A DNA stretch of 64,000 nucleotides from Clostridiales bacterium. GTDB lineage: Bacteria > Bacillota > Clostridia > Oscillospirales > CAG-272. Below, in pieces: positions 63,412-64,000 of the stretch (within the stretch, counting starts at the first letter, position 1; the number at the start of each line of letters is the position of its first letter). Made by a program: the position numbers and the translations under genes. Location of the stretch: contig JAEEYP010000034.1 in the NCBI GenBank assembly GCA_016288155.1, positions 9,136 to 73,135 on the forward strand, given 5' to 3'. Below the pieces are notes generated by a model. The model was not told where the DNA came from. It did not search any database and saw only the letters and a list, made by a program, of their open reading frames with translations.

Positions 63412-63587
63412 GGGGGACCTTTTGAGAAAAGGTCCCCCTCAAACACTCCTCGAAAACTCTAATGGCAAAAACAGAACAAGGTGAAGCGTAGATCTAGGTC
63501 CAACGATCTTCGCTTCACCTTGTCATTCTTTTTGTTCAAAGGTTTTCGCGGGGGTCCGGGGGCGCCTTTTTCAAAAGGCGCCCCCGG
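63410..63587. repeat. 178-bp three-hairpin palindromic element, copy 2 (inverted relative to copy 1)
   Basis: Hairpins at 63410-63440, 63476-63533 and 63556-63587. The first 31 nt are identical to the reverse complement of 49511-49541. It starts inside the clpC stop codon. Confidence 0.85.
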
Positions 63588-63599
63588 ACCGTTTCCCCC

Positions 63600-64000
63600 T
63601 CACAGCTTGACGATCCGCGCGCCGGCGGCGGAGGCGAGCGTCCCTTCGAGCGAGCGGCAGGTGAAGAGGATGCTCTGCGCGTCCTCCTCGGAGGGAGCGC
63701 CCAGCATGTCGAGGATCCGTGTCAGGCGTTCCTCGTCCACGCGGGCGAAGCTCTCGTCGTAGAGGAGCGGCGGGCGTTTCCCGCCGAACAGCACGTCGCT
63801 CAACGCCCGGCGCAGGCTGATGTAGGCGACGTCCTTCGTTCCCTCGGAAAGGTATTCGACGTCGTAGGTCCTTCCGCCGCGCGTGAAGGACATAGACAGC
63901 GCGCGGTCGACGCCGATCGCCTCGAACGCGCCGTCGCTGATCCGGTTCGCGGAGGCGCAGGCGTCGGCGACGATCTCCGGCAGCACCTGCTCGCGCATGG
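63600..64000 (-). CDS. C-terminal fragment of an SMC/RecF-like AAA ATPase (YhaN/SbcC-like); N-terminus lies beyond the window
   Basis: ABC signature-like YLSEGTKDVAYISLR and Walker B/D-loop PPLLYDESFARVD. The frame is open to the 3' edge. Confidence 0.6.
   Translation of the reverse strand, partial: MREQVLPEIVADACASANRISDGAFEAIGVDRALSMSFTRGGRTYDVEYLSEGTKDVAYISLRRALSDVLFGGKRPPLLYDESFARVDEERLTRILDMLGAPSEEDAQSILFTCRSLEGTLASAAGARIVKL

Noticed and set aside
49364-63587. Inverted 178-bp repeats bracketing 14 kb, considered as a composite transposon or invertible segment.
   Set aside because: No transposase, recombinase or invertase gene lies inside. The segment includes the housekeeping gene clpC. 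Each repeat is itself palindromic and sits at a gene end like a terminator. The repeats are reported as an element family rather than a mobile island.

Overview
Chromosomal segment from a high-GC, Gram-positive, spore-forming Clostridia-type bacterium. The lineage call rests on an SLH S-layer protein, SipL/SleC-like sporulation genes, PyrR attenuation, an ECF S-component and the tilS-hpt-ftsH synteny. I recognised no rRNA, tRNA, CRISPR array, transposase, integrase or phage gene.

Housekeeping blocks:
- iorA/iorB
- pyrR-pyrP
- glcK
- hisS-aspS-yqeG-pepP-efp
- tilS-hpt-ftsH
- clpC

Accessory envelope and glycan blocks between them:
1. 5.1-6.4 kb: a cobalamin-riboswitch-controlled lipoprotein plus ECF S-component pair.
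2. 8.7-21.1 kb: a 1737-aa thioester-less alpha-2-macroglobulin lipoprotein, a GH92 mannosidase, a SASA esterase and a 1173-aa SLH S-layer protein.
3. 24.3-37.0 kb: a tightly packed seven-gene operon. It encodes a 1075-aa solute-binding protein carrying two CBM-like modules, two separate ABC permease pairs, an NHL-TPR-Yip1 membrane protein and a 1011-aa secreted orphan protein. This is my best candidate for an undescribed system.
4. 49.6-58.7 kb: leaderless glycan-processing proteins, including a GH27-rhodanese fusion and a beta-helix-PDZ fusion.
5. 58.8-60.9 kb: a SleC-like peptidoglycan-binding trio.

A 178-bp three-hairpin palindromic element occurs twice in opposite orientation, each copy abutting the stop codon of ftsH or clpC.

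Many very long ORFs in the track are codon-aligned antisense artefacts of GC-rich codon usage and were rejected. All calls come from reading motifs in the translations. No database search was run, so family names are from memory and need HMM confirmation.
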